Shown here piece by piece: positions 34,898-47,094 of a stretch of 64,000 nucleotides of DNA. The notes under the pieces are model-generated. The model ran no database searches and was not told where the DNA came from. It saw only the letters and a list, made by a program, of their open reading frames with translations. A program made the translations under genes and the position numbers. This DNA comes from Squalus acanthias (taxonomy: Eukaryota), in assembly GCA_030390025.1 (NCBI GenBank), contig CM059443.1, positions 55,490,001 through 55,554,000 of the forward strand, given 5' to 3'. Numbering within the stretch: the stretch's first letter is position 1; every line of letters begins with the position of its first letter.

Positions 34898-35785
34898 GGG
34901 GGAGAAATTCAGTATCGCCCCATTTGATGCGCAATTATCGGCCGGGCGCAAAGATTAGCGCCTGGCACTAATTATCGCCTCCGACTGCAAACTTGGCTTT
35001 TATCGGCCCTGGAGGTGATTGGAGCGCTAAATCAGGCGCTACACATCTGTCTTAAGGCGCAAAGGCCGAGGAGCGAGGCGCTACCTCAGAGCGCTGGCGA
35101 AGCTCATGTGATGTCAGTCAGCAATGGAACACAGACACAATGGCGCCAGCCAGTTCTTAAAGGGGAGGGTTGATCTTGCTCTCCATCCCCATCCTGCTCA
35201 TTGCAGCCTTGAATCTCGGCCTGGAGAGACCTGTACATCAAATCTGCTGGAAAGAACAATGGAGAGTCCCAGGGAAAGAGCTCAGAGTGCCGCCCCCACA
35301 GTCTCTTCTAAATCGATACAAGGAAGGGAAAATCAAAATGAACCTGTAAAGTGCTGTTCAGTACCCAAAACTCCTTCACACAGCGTTGAATCTCTCCAGA
35401 AGTCTCTCTCTCTCTCTCTCAGAATGCGTGGTTCAAAAATGTCACCAACAAAAAAATGCCAGGAAGTGGTCGCCTTTAAATAGCGCTCCCCCAGTCCCTT
35501 CCTGACTGCAAAACGCTCCCCTCAACCTGTCGTTGCAGGCGGTAAGGCAGGGGGCGCCACTCAATATCCGCTCCGGGGCGCTACCGGGGCATTGCGCACT
35601 CGACTGACGTCACGATCTGCTGGCGCAGGAGATCGTGGCCGTAGTGTTTAGCGCCGCCGCAAAATGTCTAGTTAATTTCGTGAGCGGCGCAAAGATCGCT
35701 GCGCACGGGCGCTAGTTGCTTTGCGCCCCATTAGCGCCCTCTTAAGGCGCTAACGGGAGGCGCAAACCAACTGAAGTTTTCCCCC
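34898..35785 (+). mobile_element. Harbinger-type MITE, family B copy 2
   Basis: Same TIRs as 31662; TSD TAT/TAT. Confidence 0.88.
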
Positions 35786-36094
35786 TATGTGCTATGTGAC
35801 GCTCAATCTTCCATGCATCTTGACATGAGGCAAGTTGAAGAGCTGAAGGAACCTTCTGTGCTAAAATGCAGAATAGAGGTGCCTCATCAAACTCGTGTGG
35901 GCACTTGTATATTTAATGCATTGTATTAACGCTGTATTTCTCAATCTTTTTTTGCTTTTCTCCTCCTAGTAACTCCCTGGGAGTCACTTTGGTTTCACAG
36001 TTATAGCTTCAAGGCAGAACAGCAAACGGTTTGGAGACAGAGTGAATCTGTGCATTTACTGTAGGATCTGTTAAGGCTCTTAGTCAGTCAGAAC

Positions 36095-36284
36095 CCTTTT
36101 CCCAGCTTTATCCTTGCTTTAAATCTATTTCATTTCCTGCTTTTTTCCAGTTCTGACGAAAGGTCTTCGACCTGAAACGTTAACTCTGTTTCTCTCTCCA
36201 CGGATGCTGCCTGGCCTGCTGAGTTTTTCCAGCGTTTTCTGTTGTTATTTCGGATTTCCAGCATCCGCAGTATTTTGCTATCGT
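36095..36284 (+). mobile_element. Penelope-like terminal fragment
   Basis: Near-identical to 10900-11050. Confidence 0.75.
36149..36185 (+). ncRNA. Minimal type I hammerhead ribozyme motif
   Basis: AGTT-CTGACGA-A-AGGTC(TTC)GACCT-GAA-ACGT-T-AACT; perfect helix II. Confidence 0.78.
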
Positions 36285-37127
36285 AGAACCCTTTGCTATC
36301 CCTGTCTGTAATGGAACAATGAATGGGTTACCGTAGTCCAGATCAAATAACAACTGATTAAATGCAATCAATGGTACGGTGTAATTATTTAGACCTGTTA
36401 TCAAATGTAGTTCTTATTTACGGCTATCTTTATGTCCTTACGAGAAGGTTGTAATCGCCACAGCACGCATCTCCATATCACCCCCGAAACAGGTACCTTA
36501 TCAATACATTCATTTGCCCTTGCGTGCTGTGCTTCTGACTGTTCACACAAGTCATCAATCTTTGCAACGCCTCCATCGTAAATTTTATACCGGTTCTCGA
36601 TTTCCGACGTGCTGCTAATTTTGGAGAAGGCAATTTGAGTGATACATTGGCTTTTCCCCGCACAGTGACATTTAATGACTCTTCACCTGAAGAAGCTTTG
36701 CAGAGATTGTGGTTTCTAGATGTTAGTCCTTAATGGGAATCATGCATGCAGTGTATAATGTTATGCTTGGTACACTAGCAGTTAGCGTTTTAATACTGAT
36801 TTTGTCTACAGCTTTGAAAATATAGCCATCACTGTGTAATCTTCCAAAAACATGATTCTAAAGAGATGCTTCTGAGACTTTGGGATAAAGATATTCCTTT
36901 GATGGTTTTAGCAAAATCCCGAATAACATGAGTTTGACAGCCCTTCTTTTTAAAGACTTTTTATGGTCCAGTTTTGGGCCATCAAGATAGGGCAATCAGT
37001 GTCCATGTCTACTATTTCAAGGTCAGGTATGGTACGTAGGGCAAGGAAGTCCTTAAGTGGGTAGCTCTTTCAAGGAGTCAGTGCAGGTGCAGTGGGCTGC
37101 ACGGTCTCTTTCTGTGCTGGAAATAGT

Positions 37128-37902
37128 GGGCCGGATTTTCCGATCGGAGGCTTCCTGCGGGTGGATGCCTCCGATCGGGAACAATCTACGCACTTACCTG
37201 CTTGCTCCGTAGGTCCCGAGACTTCTGATCCTGGGCCTCTCCGGGTCCGCGCGCGGGCAGAGGCCCAGGTATCCCAGGGGCGCAGGCGGTTCGCAAGCGT
37301 CCCTGGGATCACGTGGGCCATGGGGAACCAGTCAAAGAAGGGAATCCCCCTTCACACTTTTGACAGGTCTCTCCGCACAGATCTGTGAAAAGTATGAATG
37401 GGGAACACATTTAAAAACACAGTTAAACATTAAATAATTTTTTTTTTAAATCACGTATTTAAAATTACATTAAATTAAAAAGTTTAAACAAAAATTTAAT
37501 TTAAAAAAAAATAATTAGGTTTTTTACGGGGCTAAAAATAAACTTACCTTTTTTAAGTATTTTAAAATTATAAATGAGTGAAAAAAAATTATTTTTAAAA
37601 TTTTTTAAAACTCTTATGCTGGTAAAAGCAGGCCTTACGTAGGCTATTACCGGGCGTAAGATTTTTAAAGGTCTTCAGCGGGCAGAGGTTCTGCAGAAAG
37701 CGGAACTCTCCACCCCCCCCCCCCCCCCCCCCCGGCAGAGCCCCTTCTCCAGGGCAGGTGGAGGATCTGTCAAGAGGATTCTTGACAGATCGCAAGTGTC
37801 GGGTTTCAGCGCATGCGCTTCGCATGCCTGAAACCGGCACTTGCGAGGCCCCTACGGGCGCGTACACAGCGCGTACACACCCGTGGGGGTCGGATCCGAC
37901 CC
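37128..37902 (+). mobile_element. Harbinger-type MITE, family C
   Basis: Left TIR GGGCCGGATTTTCCGATC; right TIR degenerate (TCGGATCCGACCC); flanks AGT/AAT. Confidence 0.8.
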
Positions 37903-38019
37903 AATGTGGGGTAAAGTTCCCACTTTGCCTCAAAATGGGGGAGGATTTCCTTTGATCTGTAAGGGTTATTGACCTGAATACGCATTGCAGAAAAACCTCT
38001 GATCAATGTTTTTGGAAGC

Positions 38020-39105
38020 ATATTACATTACATAGGATATACGGCACAGAAACAGGCCATTCAGCCCAACCAGTCCGTGCCGGCTGTTTATGCTCCACTC
38101 GAGCCTCCTCCCGTCTTTCCTCATCTAAATCTATCAGCTTAACCCTCTATTCCCCTCTCCCTCATATATGCTTGTCCAGCCTCCCCTTAAAGGCATCCAT
38201 ACTATTCGCTTCAACCACTCCCCGTGGTAGTGAGTTCCACATTCTCACCACTCTCTGGGTAAAGAAGTTTCTTCTGAATTCCCTATTGGATTTCTTGGTG
38301 ACTATCTTATATTGATGGCCTCTAGTTATGCTCTTCCCCACAAGTGGAAACATTCTCTCTCTATCCACTCTATCAAAACCTTTCATAATTTTAAAGACCT
38401 CTATTAGGTCACCCCTCAGCCTTCTTTTTTCAAGAGAAAAGAGACCCAGCCTGTTCATCCTTTCCTGATATGTATACCCTCGCATTTCTGGTATCATCCT
38501 TGTAAATCTTCTCTGCACGCTCTCCAGTGCCTCTATATCCTTTTTATAATATGGCGACCAGAACTGTACGCAGAACTCTAAGTGTGGTCTAACCAGGGTT
38601 CGATACAGGTTTAGCATAACTTCCCTACTTTTCAATTCTATACCTGTAGAAATAAACCCTCGTGCTTGTTTTTTTTTTATGGCCTTGCTAACCTGCATAA
38701 GGAAAGTGTTGTCCTCTCTTTAAGATGTCAGGTAGCGATTAGAGGAACTCTGCATGGACCCCAACCTCATCACAGCAGCTCCTGCTGTACGAGTGCTGGA
38801 GAGAAACTATTTCTTCTCAAGGGGGAGTCCAGAACAGGGGACCCCAACCTTAAAATTAGAGCTCGGCGGTTTAGAGGTGATGTCAAGAAGCACTTCTTCA
38901 CACAAAGGGTAGTGAAAATCTGGAAATCTCTTCCCCAAAAAAAAGCTGTTGAGGCTGAGGGACAATTGAAAATTTCAAAACTGAGATTGATCGGATTTTT
39001 GTCAGGCAAAGGTAGACGGACTTGAGATACAAATCAGGCATGATCGAATAGCGTGGCGGAACAGGCTTGAGGGGCAAAATGTCCTACTCCTGTTCCTATG
39101 TTCCT
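38020..39105. mobile_element. CR1 fragments (38020-38670 minus; 38795-39105 plus)
   Basis: ORF 38162-38698 (LVRPHLEFCVQFWSP); HFFTQRVVKIWKSLP on the plus strand. Confidence 0.88.
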
Positions 39106-39804
39106 TCCTATTTATATTTCTGACACAGGCCTGTGAGTCTCTGAGCGAATCTGCCAATTCAGTACCAGCTTGTGCCAGTTTACAATGCAGCCTTGCATTG
39201 GGAACTTCTGCAGTAGGAGCTCGATTTAAGACTTGTGCACTTGTTTAATCTCAAACTCTTGCAGCAGGAGTGGAGAAGGGACTTTCATCTTGAAGTTCAG
39301 GCAACATATGTCCGCCACCATTTCTTCCAGATCCTTTTTGGTGAATCATCGACAGTGAATTATCGAGACAGCCGCAGAGGATTGACTAAGTTCTAATCTT
39401 TCACCGTAGGGCTTGTTGTCTTTGACGAAGCTCAACGCCAAAGAAACTGCATCTACCTTCCCCTGCCACCCATCTCCCCTCAGGAGGATGGTCAGGAGTC
39501 ATTAGACAATGAATAAGAATAGGTTTGAGTGACTAGGTCAATTCTACTCTTAAGTTCTGTCATGCAACCGTGAACTACATTTTCTTTTTCCTTCATTCTT
39601 TTTCTAAGTCTTCTCTCATCGCTCCTCTTCTTTTAAAGGCGCTGATTCCTTGTTAGGATACAGTTCCACAGACATTGAGCATTCTTTCGTAGCTTGCCAA
39701 CAAATCATTCTTCATGTGTGAGCACGGACAATGAGTTTTGATAGACTAATTGGCTATAGGGAGTATTACAAACGAGCCCGATACTGCCCGTATGCTAACT
39801 CGCA

Positions 39805-40532
39805 CCAAGTCCTATTCACCCCTGTGCTCGCTGACCTACGCTGGTTCCTGGTCCGGCAGCACCTCGATTTTTAAAATTCTCATCCTTCTTTTCAAATCTC
39901 TCCATGGCTTCTCGCCCCTCCCTATCTCTGTAATCTCCTCTAGCTCCACAACCCTCCGAGATCTCCGTGCTCCTCCAATTCTGGCCCCTTGTGCACCTCC
40001 AATATCCTTTGCCCCACCATTGGTGGCCTTATCTAAGGATAAGGGGTAAGCCATTTAGGACAGAAATGAGGAAGAATTTCTTCACCCAGAGAGTGGTGAA
40101 CCTGTGGAATTCTCTACCACAGAAGGTAGTTGAGGCCAAGTCATTAAATATATTCAAGAATGAGTTAGATATATTTCTTAAAGCTAAAGGGATCAAGGGA
40201 TATGGGGAGAAGGCAGGTACAGGGTACTGAGTTTGGATGATCAGCCATGATCAGGCTCGAGGGACCGAATGGCCTACTCCTGCTCCTATCTTCTATGTTT
40301 CTATGTGCCTTCAGCTGCCTAGGCCCTGAGCTCTGGAATTCCCTCCCTAAACCTCTCCGCCTCGCTACCTTTCTCTCCTCCTTTAAGATGCTCCTTAAAA
40401 CCTACCTCTTTCACCTTGCCCTAATATCTCCTTCTGTGGCTCAGTGTCAAATTTAGTTTGATAATGGCTCCTGTGGAAGCGCCTTGGGACATTTTACTAC
40501 ACGAAAGACGCTATATAAATGCAAGTTGTTGT
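39805..40532 (+). mobile_element. L2 3' end interrupted by a CR1 tail (about 40030-40305)
   Basis: L2 is split at GGTGGCC|...|TGCCTTCAGC. Confidence 0.85.
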
Positions 40533-40607
40533 CTTCCCTGAGCATGCCTACCGAGAGGAGTGGAAACCCTGGCTGATTTTCCCCTTGCTGACCCAAGGGT
40601 GTTAAAC

Positions 40608-41275
40608 TATGCAGGTACAGCAAGTAATTAGGAAAGCTAATAGAATGTTATTGTTTATTGCGAGGGGAATTGAATACAAAAGTAGGGAGGTTATGCTTCA
40701 GTTATACAGGGCATTGGTGAGACCACATCTGGAGTACTGTGTACAGTATTGGTCTCCTTATTTAAGGAAGGATGTAAATGCGTTGGAAGCAGTTCACAGA
40801 AGGTTTACTAGACTAATACCTGGAATGGGCGGGTTGTCTTATGAGGAAAGGTTGGACAGGCTAGGCTTGTATCTGCTGGAGTTTAGAAGGTGACTTGATT
40901 GAAACATATAAGCTCCTGAGGGGTCTGGACAGGGTGGATGTGGAGAGGATGTTTCCTCTTGTGGGAGAATCTAGAACTAGGGGGTCGCTGTTTAAAAATA
41001 AAGGGTCGCCCAGTTAAGTCAGAGATGAGGAGAATGTTTTTCTCAGAGGGTCGTGAGTCTTTGGAACTCTCTTCCTCAGAGGGTGGTGGAAGCAGAGTCT
41101 TTGAATATTTTTAAGGCAGAGGTAGATAGATTCTTGATAAGCAAGGGGGTGAAAGGTTATCAGGGGTAGGTGGGAATGTGGAGTAATCGGATCAGCCATG
41201 ATCTTATTGACTGGCGGAGCAGGCTCGAAGGGCCGAGTGGCCTACTCCTTCCTGCTCCTAATTCGTATGTTCGTA
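40608..41275 (+). mobile_element. CR1 3' portion
   Basis: ORF 40609-40893; (TTCGTATG)n tail. Confidence 0.9.
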
Positions 41276-42891
41276 TAACCAATTGAACCACCATATTGTT
41301 TCTTGACGGAGGTGAGCTAACTCAGCACAGACGGGGTTGGACCTGGCGGCTCCCTGTTTTGTACGGCTCGGCTATTCACCAGCTTCACCAGCCATCATGT
41401 GACCAATCCCCATCATTTCATGCATGATATAAATCATTGAAGAAATAAGGTGCCTGGGAGACATAGGAACATTTTTTTAACATTGCTTTCTTCAACCCAC
41501 TTCCTCTGCTCCCCACGGTCCCGGTCGGTGTTAGTTTTATTCCACGGTCCAACCATTCGTGTGGCATCTCTGAGGAGATTAATGCCAAGAATAGCGCTGT
41601 GTTATGGCACCTTTGAGCTGTGGACTTGTGCCCACTTGGAACTAGATTGAGAATCTCCAGACGCTTCTCTCCTGGGATCCTTATGGATATGAAGGAGAGG
41701 ACTTTCATCCTCCTGGGTCTGAGTTGGCATCAAATCAAGGTCCCAACTTTTCAATGAACATTTGCTCAATTTTTTAACGACTGTTCTTTCATCAGATAGG
41801 AAGTTATGTCAACTGCTAAGGAGCTGCTTAGAATCTGATGCTTAAAAAAGATTCAAGATGCTGTCCCTAAACTTCTGTTTACGGGGCTTTTCAAGATGGC
41901 AGCCAAGAACCTCTGAAGAGAGATGGAAGCCAGTTGGCATGACTTTAGGGAGTATTATATCATAATGGCTTAAAATTAAATGGAAGACATTGAAACAGGG
42001 TCATTATGGAAGACTTTAATAGTTCATTTCAGATGGCACAGGGTTACATTTATGCTAGTCATGTGTAAAGATAGACCATTTTAAGATGAATTAGTGTGCG
42101 CTATATATAGAAGATACCTCATTGGTGTGATTGAGTTATGACATTTTTTATGAGTATGAAATATATATAATTCAAAACTAAGGGAGGTGCTTTTAAATCA
42201 TGATGGTCTTTCAGATGAGTGGGGACAAAATTACATTCAGAAGTCCGATTTCTGATGCAGTGCCATTCAATAATAGCACCAAGTGAGGAAGACTATAGTC
42301 GCTGATAGGTTAGCGGGTAAATGCACCGCCTGCACTAACATGCTGCCACACTCGAAAGGTCCCAATTCCGATCCCTCATCATTGCCGAGTTAGTTTGCCT
42401 CAGTCATAAAAGAAAGACTTGCATTTATAGAGCACCTTTCACAACCTCAGGACATCCCAAACATTCGAATGATGCCGCTGGGATCTTTTACGTCCGCCTG
42501 AGAGGCCAGACGGGGTTTTAACGTCTCATCCGAAAGACGGCACCTCCGACAGTGCAGCACTCCCTCAGTACGGCACTGGGATGTCAGCTGAGATTTCGTG
42601 CTTAAAGTCTCTGGCGTGGGACTTAAACCCAGAGCGTTCTGATATCAGAGGCAAGAGTGCTGCCAACTGAGGCGCGGCAGTCATGCTGCAATTGGTCACA
42701 GGGTTCGTGGCTAGGCAGGAGTAAAATCAGCCGGGATTTCTGATCCAGTAACCCATGTTGGCAAGTGGACATTGGAGGAGGAGAGGACCAGGCTGAGCTG
42801 TGATACTAAACCCCATTTCCCCCTCTCCAACACACAGTTGCTACTATTTAAAGTTGGCAAATTACCCAAGCTCAATGAGGATAGATTCATA

Positions 42892-43518
42892 GGGGTAAAA
42901 ATTGGGTGGCGCCCTTTATGGCACTACCTTTGCCATGACGCTAATTTTAGCGCCCCGAAAAAGTTAGCACCCCCGCGCCCGATTTTCCCAGGTAGCTCCC
43001 CGAGAGGGAGGAGGGGCGCCATTGGAAGCGCCCCGCGTCTCACTTGTTATGTGCCGCGGTACTGCAGGCCTTCCTCCCCTTATTAAAGGGGAGGGGCCTG
43101 GTGCAGCGCGTCCCGGCGCCCAGCTGGGCCACCAGGGATCGGGAGTGCCGGCAAATGAGCCGGGCACTCAAGAGGAGTGCTGGACTCACGGAGAGCAGCT
43201 GGCACCTCGCGGTGGGGGGCTTCACGGGGGCCGGGGACAGCAACGGGGGCAGGTGCTGGCAGGTGGCCAGCAACAAAAATGGCCGCCCGCCACCTCCCCT
43301 TTAACTAGCGGCTCCCCGGCTGCAGGTAGGCCCCCCTGACCCCGGCGGACATCCAATATTACAGCTGGGGCGCGAGCACGGCACTGCGCACGGCGATGAT
43401 GTCATCACCTCCCACTGAATTTCGTCAGAGGCGTTAGCGGCGCCATGCCCAGGCGCTAGTTGATTTGCACCCTGTTAGGGCGCTAACGGGAGGCGCAAAT
43501 CAACCGAATTTAGCCCCC
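42892..43518 (+). mobile_element. Harbinger-type MITE related to family B
   Basis: TIRs GGGGTAAAATTGGG / CCGAATTTAGCCCCC; TSD ATA/ATA. Confidence 0.82.
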
Positions 43519-44799
43519 ATAGACTTTCATAGTACAGAAGAGTCCATTTAGCCCACTGCACCAATGCCAATTCTCCGAAAGAGCTATCCACTTAGTCCCA
43601 TTCAACTTCTCTTTCCCCATACCCTGTTATTTTTTTTCCACTTCTCCTTTTAAAGCTATTATGGATTCTGCTTTCCTCACTGTTCCTCGTCGAGCCAGTG
43701 GGGAAATGTCTGGTGTTTGCTCTGACTTCACCCTCTGAGGAGTAGTTCAGCACAGGTAGGGCGTACTGCGGACAACAGACGCTCGAGTGAGCGTTCGACT
43801 TATCTGTCGCTCAAATCGGTGACAAAATAACCAGAGCCCAAAACCTCCAGCTCTTTTTCCGCAATGGAATGTCACAATCTGTGGCGGGGCGGGGGTGGAA
43901 TTTGCGGTAGAACCCATTCCACCTGATCTTAACCCCTTTCTCTTCCACATTACAAAGTTCCGACAGGTACAGGTGCTCCTTCTGCCCCTCTCCCACCATG
44001 ACTTTGCAGTTGAGACCGATGGGATGATGGTCTCAGCTGGAGACCCCACCAGCTCCGCCCAGCGAAAGTCCAATGGAAAGCCCCCTTCGTCTGATGCAGA
44101 CGTACTTGCAGTACAAGCGCCCACAATGGTGTTTAGAGATTGATTGCCGTTGGAAGAGCAGCAAGAGACTCGGTATTAACATTTTTCTCTTTGGCCATTT
44201 TGGTAAGACAGACCACACACCCCGCCTCCCCCAGGCGAAGGGGCAAGGGGCTGCTCCAAAATCCCTGTGCCCCTGCAAGGTTAGCGAGCCATTAGCTCTG
44301 TAAATGGCGCAGTCGCCTGCCCCTTTTATGCAAAAGGACCTTGCTGTGCGCAAATTGGCTGCCGCGTTTCCCGCATTACAACAGTGATTACACTTCAAAA
44401 GTGCTTCATTGGCTGTAAAGCACTTTGGGACGTCCTGAGGTTGTGAAAGGCGCTGTAGAAATGCAAGTCTTTCTTTTCATTCTTTTATATGTTAGCTATG
44501 AAGATTAGATAGGTGAGGGTTGGAGTGTGTGACATGATTACTACTATTCTGCACTACTTGTTTCAGATCTTTACCTCTAGTATATTATTGGGTTGTATCA
44601 TATCAAAACTATCAACAATTTCATATTTTGATCCAGCTTGGCAATGTTGGAACTTCTACACGTCACCTTCAAGAAACCCTTCCGCTTGTTCCCTTTCTGC
44701 CTGACATGCATCTTAAACACAGTACCACCTGCACTGTTGCCAGCACTATGGTTCTCTCCATGGGCTCTACTGCTCTAAGTTTTGCAGTAACTCCAGAGG

Positions 44800-45366
44800 A
44801 ACACCTGGAATACTGCGTACAGTTTTGGTTTCCATATTTAAGAAAAGATATACTTGCTCTCGAGGCAGTTCAGAGAAGGTTCACTCGGTTGATTCCGGAG
44901 ATGAGGGGGTTGACTTATGAGGAAAGGTTGAGTAGGTTGGGCCTCTACTCATTGGAATACAGAAGAATGAGAGGCGATCTTATCGAAACATATAAGATTG
45001 TGAGAGGGCTTGATCGGGTGGATGCGGGGAGGATGTTTCCACTGATGGGTGAGACTAGAACTAGGGGGCATAATCTTAGAATAAGGGGCTGCCGTTTCAA
45101 AACTGAGATGAGGAGAAACTTCTTCACTCAGAGGGTAGTAAATCTATGGAATTTGCTACCTCAGAGAGCTGTGGAAGCTGCGACATTAAATAAATTTAAA
45201 ACGGAGATAGACAGTTTCCTAGCTGATAAGGGAATTAAGGGTTATGGGGAGCGGGCAGGGAAGTGGACGTGAGTCTAGGTTCGGATCAGCCATGATCCTA
45301 TTGAATGGCGGAGCAGGCCCGAAGGGTCGTATGGCCTACTCCTGCTCCTACTTCTTATGTTCTTAT
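44800..45366 (+). mobile_element. CR1 3' portion
   Basis: HLEYCVQFWFPYLRKD...WNLLPQRAVEA; GAACA duplicated at the flanks. Confidence 0.92.
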
Positions 45367-47094
45367 GAACAGGGGCTATCCCAGGAGCCACAGGACCAGC
45401 TGAAGGTGTAGACCGCTTTCACTGGCGCTTGCGATGTTGGGATCGTCCTTGTCCTCGCTGCAAGAGGGGGAACTGGGGCACAAAGGAAAGCAGGAGTTGG
45501 GCGCGAGCAGGCTGAGGATGTTTCATAGCTGACCCCAATCAGGCAATAAAGGGTGTGGTAAAGATTGAGACAAATATATTGGAGGATGTGAAGCCAAACA
45601 ATGCTGGAGGGCTGTGCTGTCCTGGGGAAGGATTTCAAGAATATGAAGGGGAACGAATCTAGGAGTGACAATGGATTTGTTGATCGGGAGTGGTGAAGTA
45701 GGATGGGAGGAGGCTGGTGTGGAGCATAAACACCGGCATAGACCTGTTGGGCTGAATGGCCCGCAGCATCTGAATCTGTCTCTGTATTTCCTAATATCTG
45801 CCACAATTCTGCTGGGTGCCTCGTTCAACCCAACATCTCTGGTTCATAGCCATTTCTGTTCTAGCTCCTAGCTCTCTGATCTCTCCCTCTTGGCTTTCGG
45901 ATCCCTGTCCAAGGAGTTGCTCATTCTGCTCAAGCTCTCTGATGTTCCTCCCAGCCCTGATCTCTCGCTGGCTGTGCTTCATGCTGTCCTGACACTCTGA
46001 CCGTTGTCCCAGAAGTCCCTCATTCCGTCCCGCTAGTTGTCGCTCGCTACCTTCTGCGTGTCCAACCTCTCTTCCTGCCTTGAGATTTCGACCTCCGCCC
46101 CATGAGCTGTCTCCTTGCGGAGCCGACTGTCCATTCAGGGGCTTCTGCAACTCTTTGAAAGAATCTCCACTGATGCAAGTTTTGAGTCTGAACCAAGTTT
46201 GGCTGAGAGGAGAAGAAGCAAAGAAAACTGAAGGAGAAATGCAGAAAGAAGTGATGGAAAAGAATGAAGAAGTTGAAGGGAAGGTAAGGCCAACAAAGAA
46301 CAAAAATGAAGAGCAACAAAGAACATATGTAAAAGCCAAAGAATAAAGACAGAAAGGAAAGTGTAAATAGGGATTATCTGGAAAGCAAAATTCTCCGTTG
46401 GTTTTTAATACTTTCACTAATTCAGCTAAGTATTCTAGCACTTTTCTTTTAAAAAGAGGTCATTTTAAACATAGGTACATTGATTTTAGAGTTTCTATTG
46501 GATGACTTCTGTTCGCTGGAGTGTTTTCTGTATATTTGTGTCAGCTTGGCTCAGGTTGCTGTCGCTGTCTCTTGAGTATGAAAGTTGTGGGTTATAGACT
46601 CGAGCACATATTCTAGACTGATATTCTCGTGTGGTACTGCGCTGCTGGAAGTACTGGAGTTTTTTTTGGGATCAGATGTTAATCCGAAGCCCCAGCCACC
46701 TGTTCAGGAGGATGTGAAAGATCCCACAGTACTATTCCAAAAAGAGCAGGTTGTCCTAACCAATATACCTCCCCAGCAAAAATCTGATTCTCTGGTCGTT
46801 CATTCATTTGCTGTTTGTGGGGATTTGGTGTGTGCAAATTCGCTACTGATTTTGCCTATCATTGACTGTACTTCAGAATGAATACGTTAGTTGTAAAATG
46901 CTTTGGGACATCCTGGGAACATGATGAGGTGCTCTATCAATACAAATTCTTTCTTTTCCATGCAATCGCCTTTCGGACAGATACCCCTGGATGTTGATGT
47001 AGGAAACATGTTGTAGACAGACACATCACTAGACCAGCACAGACAGAAATGGACTCACAACCGTTACACTAACGTGGGTGTGCTGTATTTAAAT

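Noticed and set aside
43740-44330. Unique GC-box/CCAAT-containing segment with overlapping ORFs and a short TGAGACC/GGTCTCA hairpin
   Set aside because: No recognisable protein or coherent splice signals; a regulatory role cannot be supported from sequence alone.
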